From: Malacoraja senta
Taxonomy: Eukaryota
Assembly (NCBI GenBank): GCA_038087875.1
Contig: JAXLNO010000356.1
Span: 124,001 to 157,028 of the forward strand
Direction of reading: 5' to 3'
Length of the DNA: 33,028 nucleotides
Below, piece by piece: positions 22,206 to 33,028 of the stretch. Under the pieces are notes generated by a model. The model was not told where the DNA came from and made no database searches. It saw only the letters and a program-made list of their open reading frames with translations. The position numbers and the translations under genes were made by a program. Each line of letters begins with the position of its first letter. The first letter of the stretch is position 1.

Positions 22206-23059
22206 GATTTGTTTGATTTGATTTGATTCAATTTATTGTCATTATCTTCAAGTAAGAGACAACGAAATGCTATTTCCCATACAGTCATACGAATAAAAAA
22301 ATAAAAAAAATAAAAAAACACAGAACACGTTAGTCCACAACACAAACATCCCCACAGCGGCACCAAAGTTCCCCACTGTGAAGGAAGGAACCAAAGTCCA
22401 GTCAACCTCCTCGCTGATGTTCCCCAATGTTCACCCGTGGTCGGGGCCTCCCGAGCCCCCCGCAGTCACTGCTATGGGCGGCCCGATGTTCAGGCCCCTC
22501 GCTGGGAACGATGGAACCCCGACGTCGAACGGAAGAACATCCTCAGCGGCCTGGACCTCTGAATCGGCCACCTCCCACTGGAGTCCGCAGCTCCCGACGT
22601 CCACAGGCCGAGCTGGGCGGAGATTCAACGCTGGCGGCCCCCGGCAAAGGGTCCCAGGACTCCGCGATGTTGGTCAGCGCCGCCCACGTTGGGAGCACAG
22701 CAAACCACAGCTCCGCAATGTCGATGCAGCAGGCCCAACACTCCGGAGCTTCAAACGGCGATCCCAGGTGAGGCATCGCCCGCTCCGGGATGTATCCAGC
22801 GCTGCGCCGCCGCTGCTGAAGCTCTGGTCCGGTCCCGGCAGGAAAGGCCGCGCCAATCCAGTTGGTAGGGCGCGAGGAGGGGGGCGAGGGCGCGACTCGG
22901 ATAATAGTCGCATCCTCGCCAGGAAGTGACTGAAGGACGGTTTCCCCCTTACTCTATCCCCCCCCTCCCCCAAAAACATACTTTAAACATACTAAAAATA
23001 AAAAAGATAAAAAGATAAACAGACTGTAGGCGGAGGCAGCCATTCAACAGCGCCACCGG
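22206..23059 (-). mobile_element. GC/CpG-rich non-autonomous retroposon-like element (family uncertain)
   Basis: Sharp compositional boundary; the minus-strand 3' end reads TGACAATAAATTGAATCAAATCAAATCAAAC (AATAAA plus short-repeat tail); no recognisable protein domain. Confidence 0.55.
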
Positions 23060-23559
23060 ATGTCCAAGCCATTTATTGGGATAATGAGTGAACTGGGGCA
23101 TTGACTGCCTTTTATCTTTCTCTGGGCTTGTATTTTCAGTTAACAAAATCTATTAATCTTAGATTTTTAAATTAATTGTTTTTCAGCATCCATTGCCAAT
23201 TGTGGCAGAGAGTTGCAAATTCCCCATTGCTTGCAGAAACATTTCCTAATTTCCTTAGCTTTAATTTGTCATCTTTACCCTTCATTTGTCAAAGGCTTGT
23301 GTACGTGGAGCCTCTTCCCCAATCTAAATATGCATGGGCATTCCTGCTTCCAGCTTTTCACTGAAACTACTGCAGTCTTAGGTTGCTGAATATGGTGTAA
23401 CCCACAATCATTATTGCATAAATGTCTCAATGTCTCATCATCTAAGTCATTTGATGACTAATTCAATATAATGAATAATTGTGGCTGCAATGCAGAAACA
23501 TTTGCCCTCCTAATTACAATACCGGTCGTAAATCTCCACTCTCTTTCCTCTTGGTCTAT

Positions 23560-23879
23560 CAATTTTTTAAGCAGATCAATAATTTGTTGTCAATGTTTGC
23601 GAGCAACCTGTCATGAGAGACTTTATCAAATGCCATTTGTAAGTCCACGTAGACAAGATGTGTAGACATTTCCTTATGTACTACAGTTTAATGATGAGGT
23701 TGACCAGGTCTAAGCAGTTTAATGCCAGCTCTTTCTGATCCACTGAAAGTTTTCAAATTCTGATCTCTACCCCAGTTGCAATCTCCAATCATTTCCTGAG
23801 AGCAGATATTATGCAGACTGGTCTGTAATATTGTGGTTGCTGTCTTTTATCTTTCTTAGCTTTTTGAATGACGTGCATA
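23560..23879 (-). mobile_element. Ancient CR1 ORF2 remnant, left part (split by DIRS)
   Basis: Degenerate YRPV and VYVDLQMAFDK motifs on the minus strand. Confidence 0.65.
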
Positions 23880-24086
23880 ATTTTACTTCGGAGTCACGTG
23901 AGTGATTCCGTGAAGAACCCGCCAGTCCTCACACGCGTCATTACGTCTGACGCATGGCGCAGCGACCGGCTGGGAGGAGCAGCGCTCCTTCACCGGTAAA
24001 TTAAATAAACCCTCAGGTAAGTCTAAAACTTAGTTGGAGGTCGTTTTCTGCGCTTGGTAATTCTTGTTTCAGGAGCGAGTTCAAGT

Positions 24087-25260
24087 ATGGAAAAAGCGTC
24101 GAGGGTGAAGTCAAGGCGAGACACTGGGAAAGTAGCTCTGGAAGGCCGCGGGAGTGCGGGTAGCGGGCGGCCGCCTAGCTCACCTACCGAGTCGCTAGCG
24201 GTACGACCAGCGTCTGCAGACTTGGTGTCTGAGAGCACTGTGGCTGCACCTTTGGGGCACAAAGCCACTAAAAAGTCTGCACGGCCAGTGGACTCGGACG
24301 AGTCGGGCCGGGTGGATTCCCCGGGATAACATATTTGGACGGCTGTCCTGGATGGAGCTCCTAAGTGAGAGGATGCTCCACCAAAATACACTCCAACAGG
24401 AGGAGTTGTGTCAGCGCCAGCCTCTTCCAGAGCCAGCGCCAGCAGCACCTGTGTCAGGGCTGCTTAATGTCTCCCTCTTGGAGGAGGAGAGCATGAGGGG
24501 GTCAGTATTCTGACGCTGAGTCTGTGGGTTTAGCAGTGGAGGGTACCCCAAGGGATGAACGGCACGAGTCAGAGGTACCATTCCTGGCAGCAAAATTTGC
24601 CGTCCCAACAGACTCCGGAGAACCGCTGGGTGAAGAGTTGGCCGCAAGTATTAATTACTTGGCGTCACACCAGCTTCAAGAACTTACGATGGATGAAACG
24701 GCCAAAAAGTACGACACCCCGGCTAATTGTGTTCTGCTCAAAGTGTCGGTGGTGAACCACGCCATCTGGGGTCATATGGGCGTATGAATAAGAGCTCAAG
24801 AAATGAGGCTTCAGAGGGTGCTGAAGCTGCTCGCCTCGGGCTTTACAGCGTTCGCCAGGTCGGTGGATGAAGGGCACATGTCTGAAGTACAGCAGGATGC
24901 TCTGGCACTCATGTGCAATGCGCATTTCGAAATAAACTCTGAGGAAAAGCGCCATCTGCCCTACCATCAACCCGAAGTTCGCCGCTTTGTGTAAACCCAG
25001 CAATGTCCAGCCACCCAATCTGCTGTTTGGTGAAGACCTCGCAAAAAGGGTCAAGGATCTGGACGACGAGGCAAGAACGGTCGGGCTGATCAAAGCACCG
25101 ATGAACAGCAGATCAATTCGGTGGCAGTATCCCTACAAACAGTTTGCTGAAACCGGGTCCCGTCAAGGACCAAGCTGGCCATTCACAAATATGCACAGCT
25201 GGCGCACTCCAACAGGGACACGGGCGAACATGTCTTTTCTCACCCGAAACAGGCGACAGA
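24087..25260 (+). pseudogene. DIRS gag-like ORF, broken by stops and frameshifts
   Basis: Fragments KYDTPANCVLLKV.VVN.AIW, QDALALMCNA.FEIN and LFGEDL.K.VK.L, typical of DIRS ORF1 proteins, in the expected position. Confidence 0.7.
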
Positions 25261-25277
25261 AAATTCCACCGGTAACC

Positions 25278-27161
25278 ATGGAGGTAGGTGGGTCTGGTTC
25301 TTGTCAGAACATATTAAGTACGAATCACCTACAAGTTGGGGGGAGGTTACACTTGTTTCTGAAGGAATGGTATGGAATAACATCAGATTCGTTTAGACTG
25401 CACAGCATACAAGGGTTTCGAATTGAATTCCGTCCCAATTTGAGTCCACCCACACAGCATACACCGTCGGGTACTCATTTTCTCACAAAAAGAGAATTTA
25501 GAGGTTCAAGCTGAAATTGAAAAATTATATAAAAAAGGGGTAATTGAGAAGGCGGTTTATCAACCTCACCAATTCGTGTCTAATATTTTTCCTAGGTGAA
25601 AGAAGGATGGGGGTTGTCGAATCATCCTTGACTTGACGAGCCTTAATCCTTTTCAAAATGGAAACATTTGTTACTGCCAAACAACTGATTTCCAGAGCAT
25701 GTATAGATCTTAAGGATGCATATTACTCAGTGCCTGTTCATAGGGATTATCGGAGATATTTGAAATTTAGCTGGATGACGCAATTATGGCAATTTAAAGC
25801 ACTACCTAATGGGTTAACCTCGGCCCCTAGATTATTCACAAAACTGTTAAAACCGGTACTGGCGATACTCCGGGCTCAGGGTCATATTGTAATGGCTTAT
25901 TTGGATGATATCTTAATCATAGGGAAGACTCGGAAAGCAGGTGAATTATCTGTTTCAGTTGTTAAACTCATGTTTGAGAGATTGGGGTTTCTCATCCATC
26001 CAGTTAAATCCAAATTGATACCAGTTAGAGTTATTGATTATTTGGGATTCACTATTAATTCAACTCACATGTCAGTGACTTTGCCCAGGGGCAAGAGATT
26101 AGAGTTAATTGAAAGCTGTAACAAGCTCATGGTGGAGCAGCAACCTTCAATTAGACACATGGCCAGCTTGATTGGCAAATTAGTGGCTGCCTTTCCAGCT
26201 GCACAATATGGACCTTTGCACTACCAAAATTTACAGCGAGCAAAGGTACAGGCACTCAGGATGCATGCAGGTCATTTCGACAGGCACATGCAATTACCAG
26301 CTGAAGCCACTGCTGAAGTGCATTGGTGGATTATGAACATCTCAACTTGCTCCAACAAAATTTTGGTTGAGGAACCTTCAGTTGTCTTACAGACTGATGC
26401 TAGTGCCCTAGGTTGGGGTGCTACTGATACCATCTCTAGCTGTGGAGGCAGATGGAATAAGCATGAGGCATTTATTCTTCAATCACATGGGATTAACTAT
26501 TTAGAGTTATTGGGAGCATTTTATGGGCTTAAGGCTTATTGTACTACTAAGCGTCACTTGCATGTTCAGCTTCAGATTGACAACACTACGGCAGTGCCAT
26601 ATGTTAATCACATGGGTGGAATCAAGTCGCAATCTTATTTGGCGCTGGTGCATTACAAGAAGCATTTGGGTTTCAGCTAGCTACCTACCAGGTAGATTCA
26701 ATATGGTTGCAGACACCAGGTCACGCAAATTCAATGACAACACAGAATGGATGTTGAATCATGATGTATTTAATGATATTGTTGTTCGGTATGGGATGCC
26801 AGATATCGATTTGTTTGCATCCAGACTCAACCACCAGTTACCTAAGTATGTTTTATGGGAACCAGACCGAGGGGCAATAGCAGTAGATGCATTCTCGCTA
26901 CATTGGGGAGGAATGTTTTTATATGCATTTCCCCCATTCTGCCTTATCAGTCGGTGCTTGCTCAAGATCAAGCAGGACTCCGCCTCAGGAGTGTTGGTGG
27001 TACCTGACTGGCCTACTCAACCATGGTTCCCTCTCCTTTTGGACATAATAACACAGCCTTTTATGGCCGTCCAGAAACGTAGTGACCTACTGGTGCACTC
27101 TGTAACTGGGAATCAACATCCATTATATGACCGTATTGATCTGTTAATTTGCAGATTCTGA
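25278..27161 (+). pseudogene. DIRS RT-RNase H plus N6-adenine methyltransferase-like domain, disrupted
   Basis: VGGRLHLFLKEW, *KKDGGCRIILDL, IDLKDAYYSV, LPNGLTSAPRLFTK, AYLDDIL, TDASALGWGA, INYLELL, IDNTTAV; then IDLFAS, DAF, YAFPPF, VVPDWPTQPWFP. Contains stops, deletions and frameshifts. Confidence 0.92.
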
Positions 27162-28119
27162 GGAGGCCATACCTGGGGCTTGGACTATCCGATCGAAGCG
27201 TGGATGAGATCACTGGAGGGATAGTACCAAAAAACAGTACATCTCTCATGTCAGGAAATGGGAGGTGTTCTGCGTACGGGGGAACATTACATATCACATG
27301 GCTTGCATCTCAGATGTGCTAGAATTTCTGTCAATGCTATATTTTGATGAAGGGTTGAGCTATAGTGCCATCAATAGTGCCAGGAGTGCCCTGTCATCAT
27401 ACTTATGGCTGGGGTCGGAACAACAGTTTGTTGGATCTCACCCTTTAATATCCCGGTTTATGAAGGGTATTTTTAATTCCAATCCCCCCAGGCCCAGGTA
27501 TTCTGAAATCTGGGATGTGAGCGTGGTACTCACGCTGCTTCGCCAGTGGGCTCCAGCCACAGCCCTGTCTTTGCCCAAGATCACCCTTAAATTGGTCATG
27601 CTCATGGCGCTGGTTTCAGTGCAACAGGTCCAGACGTTGCAGAAGCTGCGACTGGACAGTTTGGTATCGTCTGGAAATAACATTACATTTTACATTTATG
27701 ATTTAATTAAGCAGAGCAGACCAGGGGTGTCAGGATTTAAGCTTATTTTTTCGGCATACCCCTCGGATTTACAACTGTGTGTAGTGTCGTACTTGCAATA
27801 TTATATCAAGGTCACCAACAGCCTCAGAGGTTTGGAGTCAGCATTATTTATTAGCCACAAAAAGCCGCATATGAAAGTGTCGGTTCAGACCCTTTCAAGG
27901 TGGCTGAAACAGGTTCTGGTTTGTGCAGGAGTAGACACTGACATTTTAAAATCTCACTCCACCAAGGCGGCATCAACGTCAGCAGCGAGGGCAATGGACG
28001 TCCCTCTCGACCATATCCTCGCGGCCGCAGGATGGTCAAGTGAACTAACGTTTCAACGGTTCTATAACAAACCGCTTACCGAACCGGGGGTATTCGTCCA
28101 TTCTGCCATTCTGTTTTAA
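27158..28119 (+). pseudogene. DIRS tyrosine recombinase (integrase); both catalytic arginines apparently substituted
   Basis: WRDSTKKQY, INSARSALS, KQSRPG, HSTK (normally HSTR), AAGW...TF.RFY; VSVQQVQTL where R is expected. Confidence 0.9.
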
Positions 28120-28319
28120 GTTCTGTTTAAATTCTGTTTCATAGCTTCCCCCTGGGAGAGAGGGGTCGTTATTGTTTTTCTTTGTTAAATAAACCATTAA
28201 CAAATTCAAATCAATGTCATGGTTCAAATGAATTGGTTATTATTCACTCATCCTGAGTCAATTGCTGCAGTGAGACGCATGGATTCGTATCTACGGCATG
28301 AAATCACAGAGCTTTGAAA

Positions 28320-28432
28320 TCTTCACAGAATCACTCACGTGACTCCGAAGTAAAATAGTAAGATTAAACGAGAACTTACCAGTTTGAAGTTTGATCTTTA
28401 TTTTATGTGGAGTTGCGATGAGTGATTACGTG
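28320..28432 (+). repeat. DIRS internal complementary region (ICR)
   Basis: 28320-28356 is the reverse complement of 23880-23916 (1 mismatch); 28352-28432 is the reverse complement of about 28575-28655 (few mismatches). Confidence 0.93.
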
Positions 28433-28655
28433 CCCACCACTCCCAACCCTCATATCACAAAGGTCATCTGGTAGTTCTAGGTTTCTAATCTTACTATGTT
28501 ACTTCAATTACTGTTATCTGTGATTTCACACCGCTGCTTTGAAGATTGACACGCATGCGGACTGGCGGGTTCTTCACGTAATCACTCATCGCAACGCCTG
28601 ATAAAATAAAGATCAAACTTCAAACTGGTAAGTTCTCATTTAATCCCACTATTTT

Positions 28656-28800
28656 CCAATCTAAAGGACAGGTTCCGAAAGCAAAGGACAGGTTCCGAGA
28701 GCTTTGGAAAAACATAGGCAGGGCATTTGCAATATTCTTGTTTGCTTCCTTTATAACATTGGGAAATAAATCTTCTGGTCTTGGTGATTGGTCATTTATT
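28656..28800 (-). mobile_element. Ancient CR1 ORF2 remnant, right part (split by DIRS)
   Basis: Minus strand DQSPRPEDLFPNVIKEANKNIANALPMFFQSS...PLDWKI resembles CR1 KSPGPD..PR.L.E...IA......FQ.S...PEDW. Confidence 0.7.
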
Positions 28801-28825
28801 TGTGCTATTAGTGGTTCCATTTTAT

Positions 28826-28935
28826 TCATAGTCATAGAGAGATACAGCATGAAAACTGACCCTTCTGCCCATTGGGACCTATGCTGATCATCAACTACCC
28901 ATTTGCATCCTACATTATTTTGGTCCCATTAACAT
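28826..28935 (-). mobile_element. Short CR1/SINE-type 3' tail fragment
   Basis: Minus strand AAGGGTCAGTTTTCATGCTGTATCTCTCTATGACTATGA, similar to the other CR1/SINE tails in the window. Confidence 0.55.
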
Positions 28936-30747
28936 TGGTGTGTTCCTGTGCCTGATTTAATATCAGCTTCCTCAGGATGTCTGGATTGTTATCCTCTTCC
29001 ACTTTGTAAACAACGCAAAGCAATCATTCCCTTAGTCTGCCTTTTTCTTCTTCACATTTGCAGTGTCATTGTTCTTCGATTTTTTTTGTCGAAGGTTAGT
29101 TTTGCTCCTAACCATCTTCATTTTTCTTAAGTGTAAAACATCTCTATTGATTTTCACATCCTTTGGAACTTTTGTCGGTTCTCTTTTTGTTTTGCCAGCT
29201 GTACAAGGTGACGGAAGGTAAGATAACCTCCAGTTTTAGCTTATTGGCCTAGTGCACATCGATGCCTCTCTGAGGACAGGTTTCCTTGAGTGCCTCCCTC
29301 TCACATTGACTTATTTTATTCCAATTAATGGAAGTCAACCAGTAAGAATGACTAGTAAGACTAGTAAGAAAGACTAATAAGTAAGTAACACCTGGCTTTA
29401 GCCTACATATCAAAATTTGGCAGATGGATTAAAGAGTGGAAATAGATATTAGCACTTGTTTGATTAACAACTAAAGGTCATTTTATGATTTTTTTTTGTA
29501 CAAGAATCTGTGGGGAAGTTCTACAGTTTAATGCTGTCACATTTTGGAAATCTCACTGGTGTCATTCGTTCCAGAATCCATTGTACACAAATAAATAATG
29601 GGGAATAAATCAAGTGCTGGTGAATTTCTTGGAAGTTCAGCAGCAAGAATGTTCTGTGTATGTGCCTGTTATTGCATTTGAGTATGAGTAGACTGCACTG
29701 AGTTTAATATCAATGCATGACTTTGCAGACCACTGAAAAAAACCTGATCAGTTAAATACTTTATGATGATGACCTGCAACGATTGTCTTAGAATTGGACT
29801 ATGTTATTACTAAATTCTTTGTATGCATTAAATATATTCTTAGGAGTGTAATTGAAAATTAAACATTTAATCTCCAATATATATTTTAATTTTTTGTTCT
29901 CTGTCACCTCCTCATTTATACAATTTCACATAAATATGACATGATTTTTACATTTGTCTGTTTACTCATATATTTTATGAATGAAATGAAGGTTATACTT
30001 TTAATTGATATATAATGTGTGTGAGATTTTGCCCCCCTCTACATTTTTGGCCAAGTTTCCATCGTTTATTATGTTTGTCTGTGTAATGTGATATAATCGG
30101 AGTGGTGCCCTAAATTTACACGGCCTCCTGAGAAAACAGAACTTTTTTTCTGACTTTATTGCTGCACACGTTCTATTTAAACCAACCAATTAAGATTTAA
30201 AACATATTATTAGCACTGCAGGTCATGTTACAAACTGACTACTTTCTCATTTGATTACCAGTATGATCTTCAGAAGTGATTGCCTTGTGAACAATACATG
30301 TGTGTTATTAATATATTGAACATAAATGTGTACATTTATTCCATATACAGAATATGCATTAAAGATCATCAGAGAAGGGTCAAAATACTCTCCAGAATGC
30401 ATTTCTTATTTGGGATTATGATTTTAGCATTTTTTAAATTTTGATTTTCAACAGTAATTTATGAAGATTGAAACAATCAACTTAATTACCCCCAACATTT
30501 CCCATGTATCTGTGTCATGATGAACGCATCTCTGTATTCTGTTATAATATGAAAATCAGATTATATTAACACTTTCTGAGAGCAAATTAGGATCTTCAAT
30601 AGCAGTCTTGGTGAAATGCAATTACATATTAAAAACATAGTCTTAACAATTTTATTTTGAGTAAAATGACAGAATCTGATTGTGTGTCTGATTTTAATGC
30701 AGTGACATTTGTTTATCTAAACTGAGCAATCGAATACTAAAAATATA

Positions 30748-30792
30748 ACACACACACACGCAAACGCACACGCGCGCGCGCACACGCACATG

Positions 30793-30839
<47 letters not shown>
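30748..30839. repeat. Compound (CA)n/(CG)n microsatellite
   Basis: Seen directly; almost unbroken purine-pyrimidine alternation. Confidence 0.95.
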
Positions 30840-30840
<1 letters not shown>

Positions 30841-31119
30841 AAAAACAAAAAATCACTTGGTTCTATCAAATGGCTTAGCTGCAACACAATACACTTCTAT
30901 GTAAAATATCATTTTGTGTTATATGCAGACTCTTTGCTTTCAGCAGCCAGATGTTGAGTTTAAGAAACAAGCAGAGAGATGTAAGGCTAATTTAACAATG
31001 ACACCTTTAAATTGAATATGCGATTTATGTTCAATCCAAGAGCATAAATTTGCCTCAATCCATGGTTGGACATGACTTTTAATTGCCGACTTTTCATATT
31101 TGAAACTGATTTAAGAACA

Positions 31120-32320
31120 GAAAGGAGTGGAAATGTTCGCCAAGTCCGGCAGCACATGTGAAGAGAAAAACAGAGTTAATGTTTCAGATCATTGGCCCTT
31201 TGTCAGAATTGAGCTATTAAGAGAACAAATATGCTTGAAGTCCTGGAGAACGGAAGAAGAATTGAGTGAACAAAGAGAATAGATGTAAGGTGTTGTGAAG
31301 ACCAAGGCTATTGAGGTAATGTGATATTTTTGGAGCCATCTAGTTAATAGATGAATGAGGTCAGTTAAAGGGATGACAACAAAGGGGTATAGGGGATCTG
31401 TGAGATGCAGAGCACAGGAGTTGTTGGAAATCTGAAACACAAGTAAAAGCATAAAATACCAGATCATAAGTGATAAGAGCAGAATTAGGCTATTCGGCCC
31501 ATCAAGTCTACTCCACCATTCAATCATGGCTGATCTATCTCTCCCCCCTAACCCCATTCTCCTGCCTTCTCCCCATAACCCCTGATAACCGTACTAATCA
31601 AGAATCTATCTATACTTTAAAAATATCCATTGACTTGGCCTCCCCAGCCTTCTTTGGCAAATAATTCCACAGATTCACCACCCTCTGACTAAAGAAATTC
31701 CGTCTCATCTCCTTCTTAAAGCAATGTCCTTTAATTCTGAGGCTATGACTTCTAGTCCTCGACTCTCTCACTAGTGGACGCATTCTCTCCACATCCAATC
31801 TATCCAAGCCTTTCATTATTCAGTATGTTTTCATGAGGTACCCCATCATTCTTCTAAACTCCAGCAAGTGCAAGCCCAGTGCCATCAGATCTAAACCCTC
31901 ATCATGAGTTAACCCATTCATTTTTGGGATCATTCTTGTAAACATCCTGGACCCTCTCCAGGGCCAGCACATTCTTCCTCAGATATGGTGCCAAGAATTG
32001 CTCACAATACTCCAAATGCGCTTTCAGGTCAGGTGATATCTGTGGAAAGAGAGCAGGAAAGAGAGACATCTAATTAATATTACAGGCTGGTGACCTTGCT
32101 TCAGAATTGGCCAGTTGTGATATAAAGAGAAAAGGGTTGAAATGTTGAACTCGGTATTGCATCGCGCAGGGTGCAATATGCTTGGACGGATAATGAGGTG
32201 CTGTTCCTTGAGCCCACTTTGGGTTTCATTGGAATAGTGAGGGAGCCCAAAGATAGAGAAGTCAGAGTGGCTGGGATGGGGAATTAAAGTAACAGGTGAC
32301 CGGCAGCCCAAGGGATGCCT
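31120..32320 (-). mobile_element. Old Penelope-like element remnant (GIY-YIG C-terminus plus two degenerate hammerhead pLTR units), interrupted by CR1
   Basis: Minus strand PSHSDFSIFGLPH...LKEQHLIIR..ILHP...NTEFN at about 32140-32290; degenerate cores CTGAAGCAAGGTCACCAGCCTGTAATATT (about 32075-32105) and CTGACAAAGGGCCAATGATCTGAAACATT (about 31178-31207). Confidence 0.65.
31462..32020 (-). mobile_element. CR1 3'-end fragment nested in the Penelope remnant
   Basis: MKGLDRLDVERM.PLVRESRTRSH...FFSQRVVNLWN and a 3' UTR near-identical to 4968-5320. Confidence 0.9.
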
Positions 32321-32514
32321 TAGGGATGGAATGAAGATGTTCCGTGAAAATGTCACCCGATTTGCAATTCCTGATTGCCAAGTAAACACTCCCCAACATT
32401 CACCACATATCACTGTTCCTGACTATGGATACTGCACTGCACTCGTTGAAGATGATCCTCAGCTATTGTGTCTGAACCACCGATGATATTCTTTGTAATT
32501 GAAGCTGTCGTCTA

Positions 32515-32780
32515 TCTTGACTCGGTTTAGTTTATTGTCACGTGTACCGAGGTAGAGTGAAAAGCTTTTGTTGCGTGCTAACCAGTCAGCGGAAAGACAA
32601 TAAATGATTACCATCGATTAATTTACAGTGTTTAGATACATGATAAGGGAATAACGTTTAGTGCAAGGTAAAGCCAATAATGTCCGATCAAAGATCGTCC
32701 GAGGGTCACCAATGTGGTAGATAGTAGTTCAGGACCTCTCTGGTAGTAGGATGGTTCAGTTGCCTGTTAACAGCTGGGAC
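32515..32780 (-). mobile_element. 3' end of a non-LTR retrotransposon (probably Rex1/Babar or L2 type)
   Basis: Minus-strand terminus CGGTACACGTGACAATAAACTAAAC; AATAAA plus short-repeat tail. Family assigned from recollection only. Confidence 0.5.
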
Positions 32781-33028
32781 TCTTGATAAGATTTATCATT
32801 GCAACAACCCTGTTGTGAATAGAGTAAAGGATTATCTTTTGTATGTGTAGTGATTCCCAGCTATACTGCTCTGCTGCCTATCATTTGTTAAATCAACAAA
32901 CTCAGATTTGCCAGAATTATTCATGTTCATTCTTACTCTGATTGATGCTGATTCCATCCACTTCCCCCTGTGTTTGATCTGCTGAACCTGCTGTTAGAAA
33001 TCTTTTGGTGATTCGCTCAAGCCCCCAT

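Larger units (their letters stand above)
23880..28655 (+). mobile_element. DIRS1-type tyrosine-recombinase retrotransposon, full-length, coding-decayed
   Basis: gag-like, RT/RNase H, methyltransferase-like and YR regions in order. Inverted termini (23899-23940 vs 28547-28588). ICR at 28320-28432 is complementary to both ends. ATTTT at both boundaries. Confidence 0.95.

Noticed and set aside
22378..22979. Overlapping 65-183 aa ORFs as genes
   Set aside because: Low-complexity Pro/Arg/Gly/Ala ORFs expected in GC-rich repeat DNA; no domain or splice support.
23880..28655. Prophage, integron or bacterial RT/methylase defence system (integrase + RT + Dam-like)
   Set aside because: Domain order, ITRs and ICR are those of a eukaryotic DIRS1 retrotransposon inside a vertebrate intron.
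28663..28698. 16-nt direct repeat AAAGGACAGGTTCCGA (20-nt period) next to the DIRS end as a TSD
   Set aside because: Both copies are on the same side of the element; it is a local tandem duplication in the old CR1 remnant.
6487..33028. Next HECW2 exon (expected to begin DENSP..FWDSKNRG)
   Set aside because: No such coding sequence was found by eye or in the ORF track; it probably lies beyond the window, though a short exon could be missed.

Overview
Eukaryotic, repeat-rich vertebrate genomic DNA. The repeat complement (HE1-type V-SINEs, esterase-ORF1 CR1 LINEs, Penelope-type hammerhead repeats) points to a cartilaginous fish, probably a skate or ray (inference). The only host-gene feature is the first coding exon of HECW2/NEDL2 (+ strand, 6147-6478, ATG at 6187). 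The rest is intronic and full of transposons: a young near-complete CR1 LINE (38-3621, -), a 5'-truncated L1 with intact 1263-aa ORF2 and a 13-bp TSD (17025-21420, -), a full-length but decayed DIRS1-type tyrosine-recombinase retrotransposon with ITRs, ICR and a readable ATTTT crossover (23880-28655, +), an internally deleted CR1, three tRNA-derived SINEs, Rex1/Babar and Penelope fragments, and several short hammerhead-ribozyme-bearing repeats. Most notable: a U_UUA_AAC slippery heptamer at the ORF1 stop of two different CR1 subfamilies, with an AUG-less ORF2 in the -1 frame in the intact copy (candidate programmed frameshift); the reconstructable DIRS integration event; and TSD-flanked hammerhead mini-elements. 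All family assignments come from motif recognition by eye; no searches were run.
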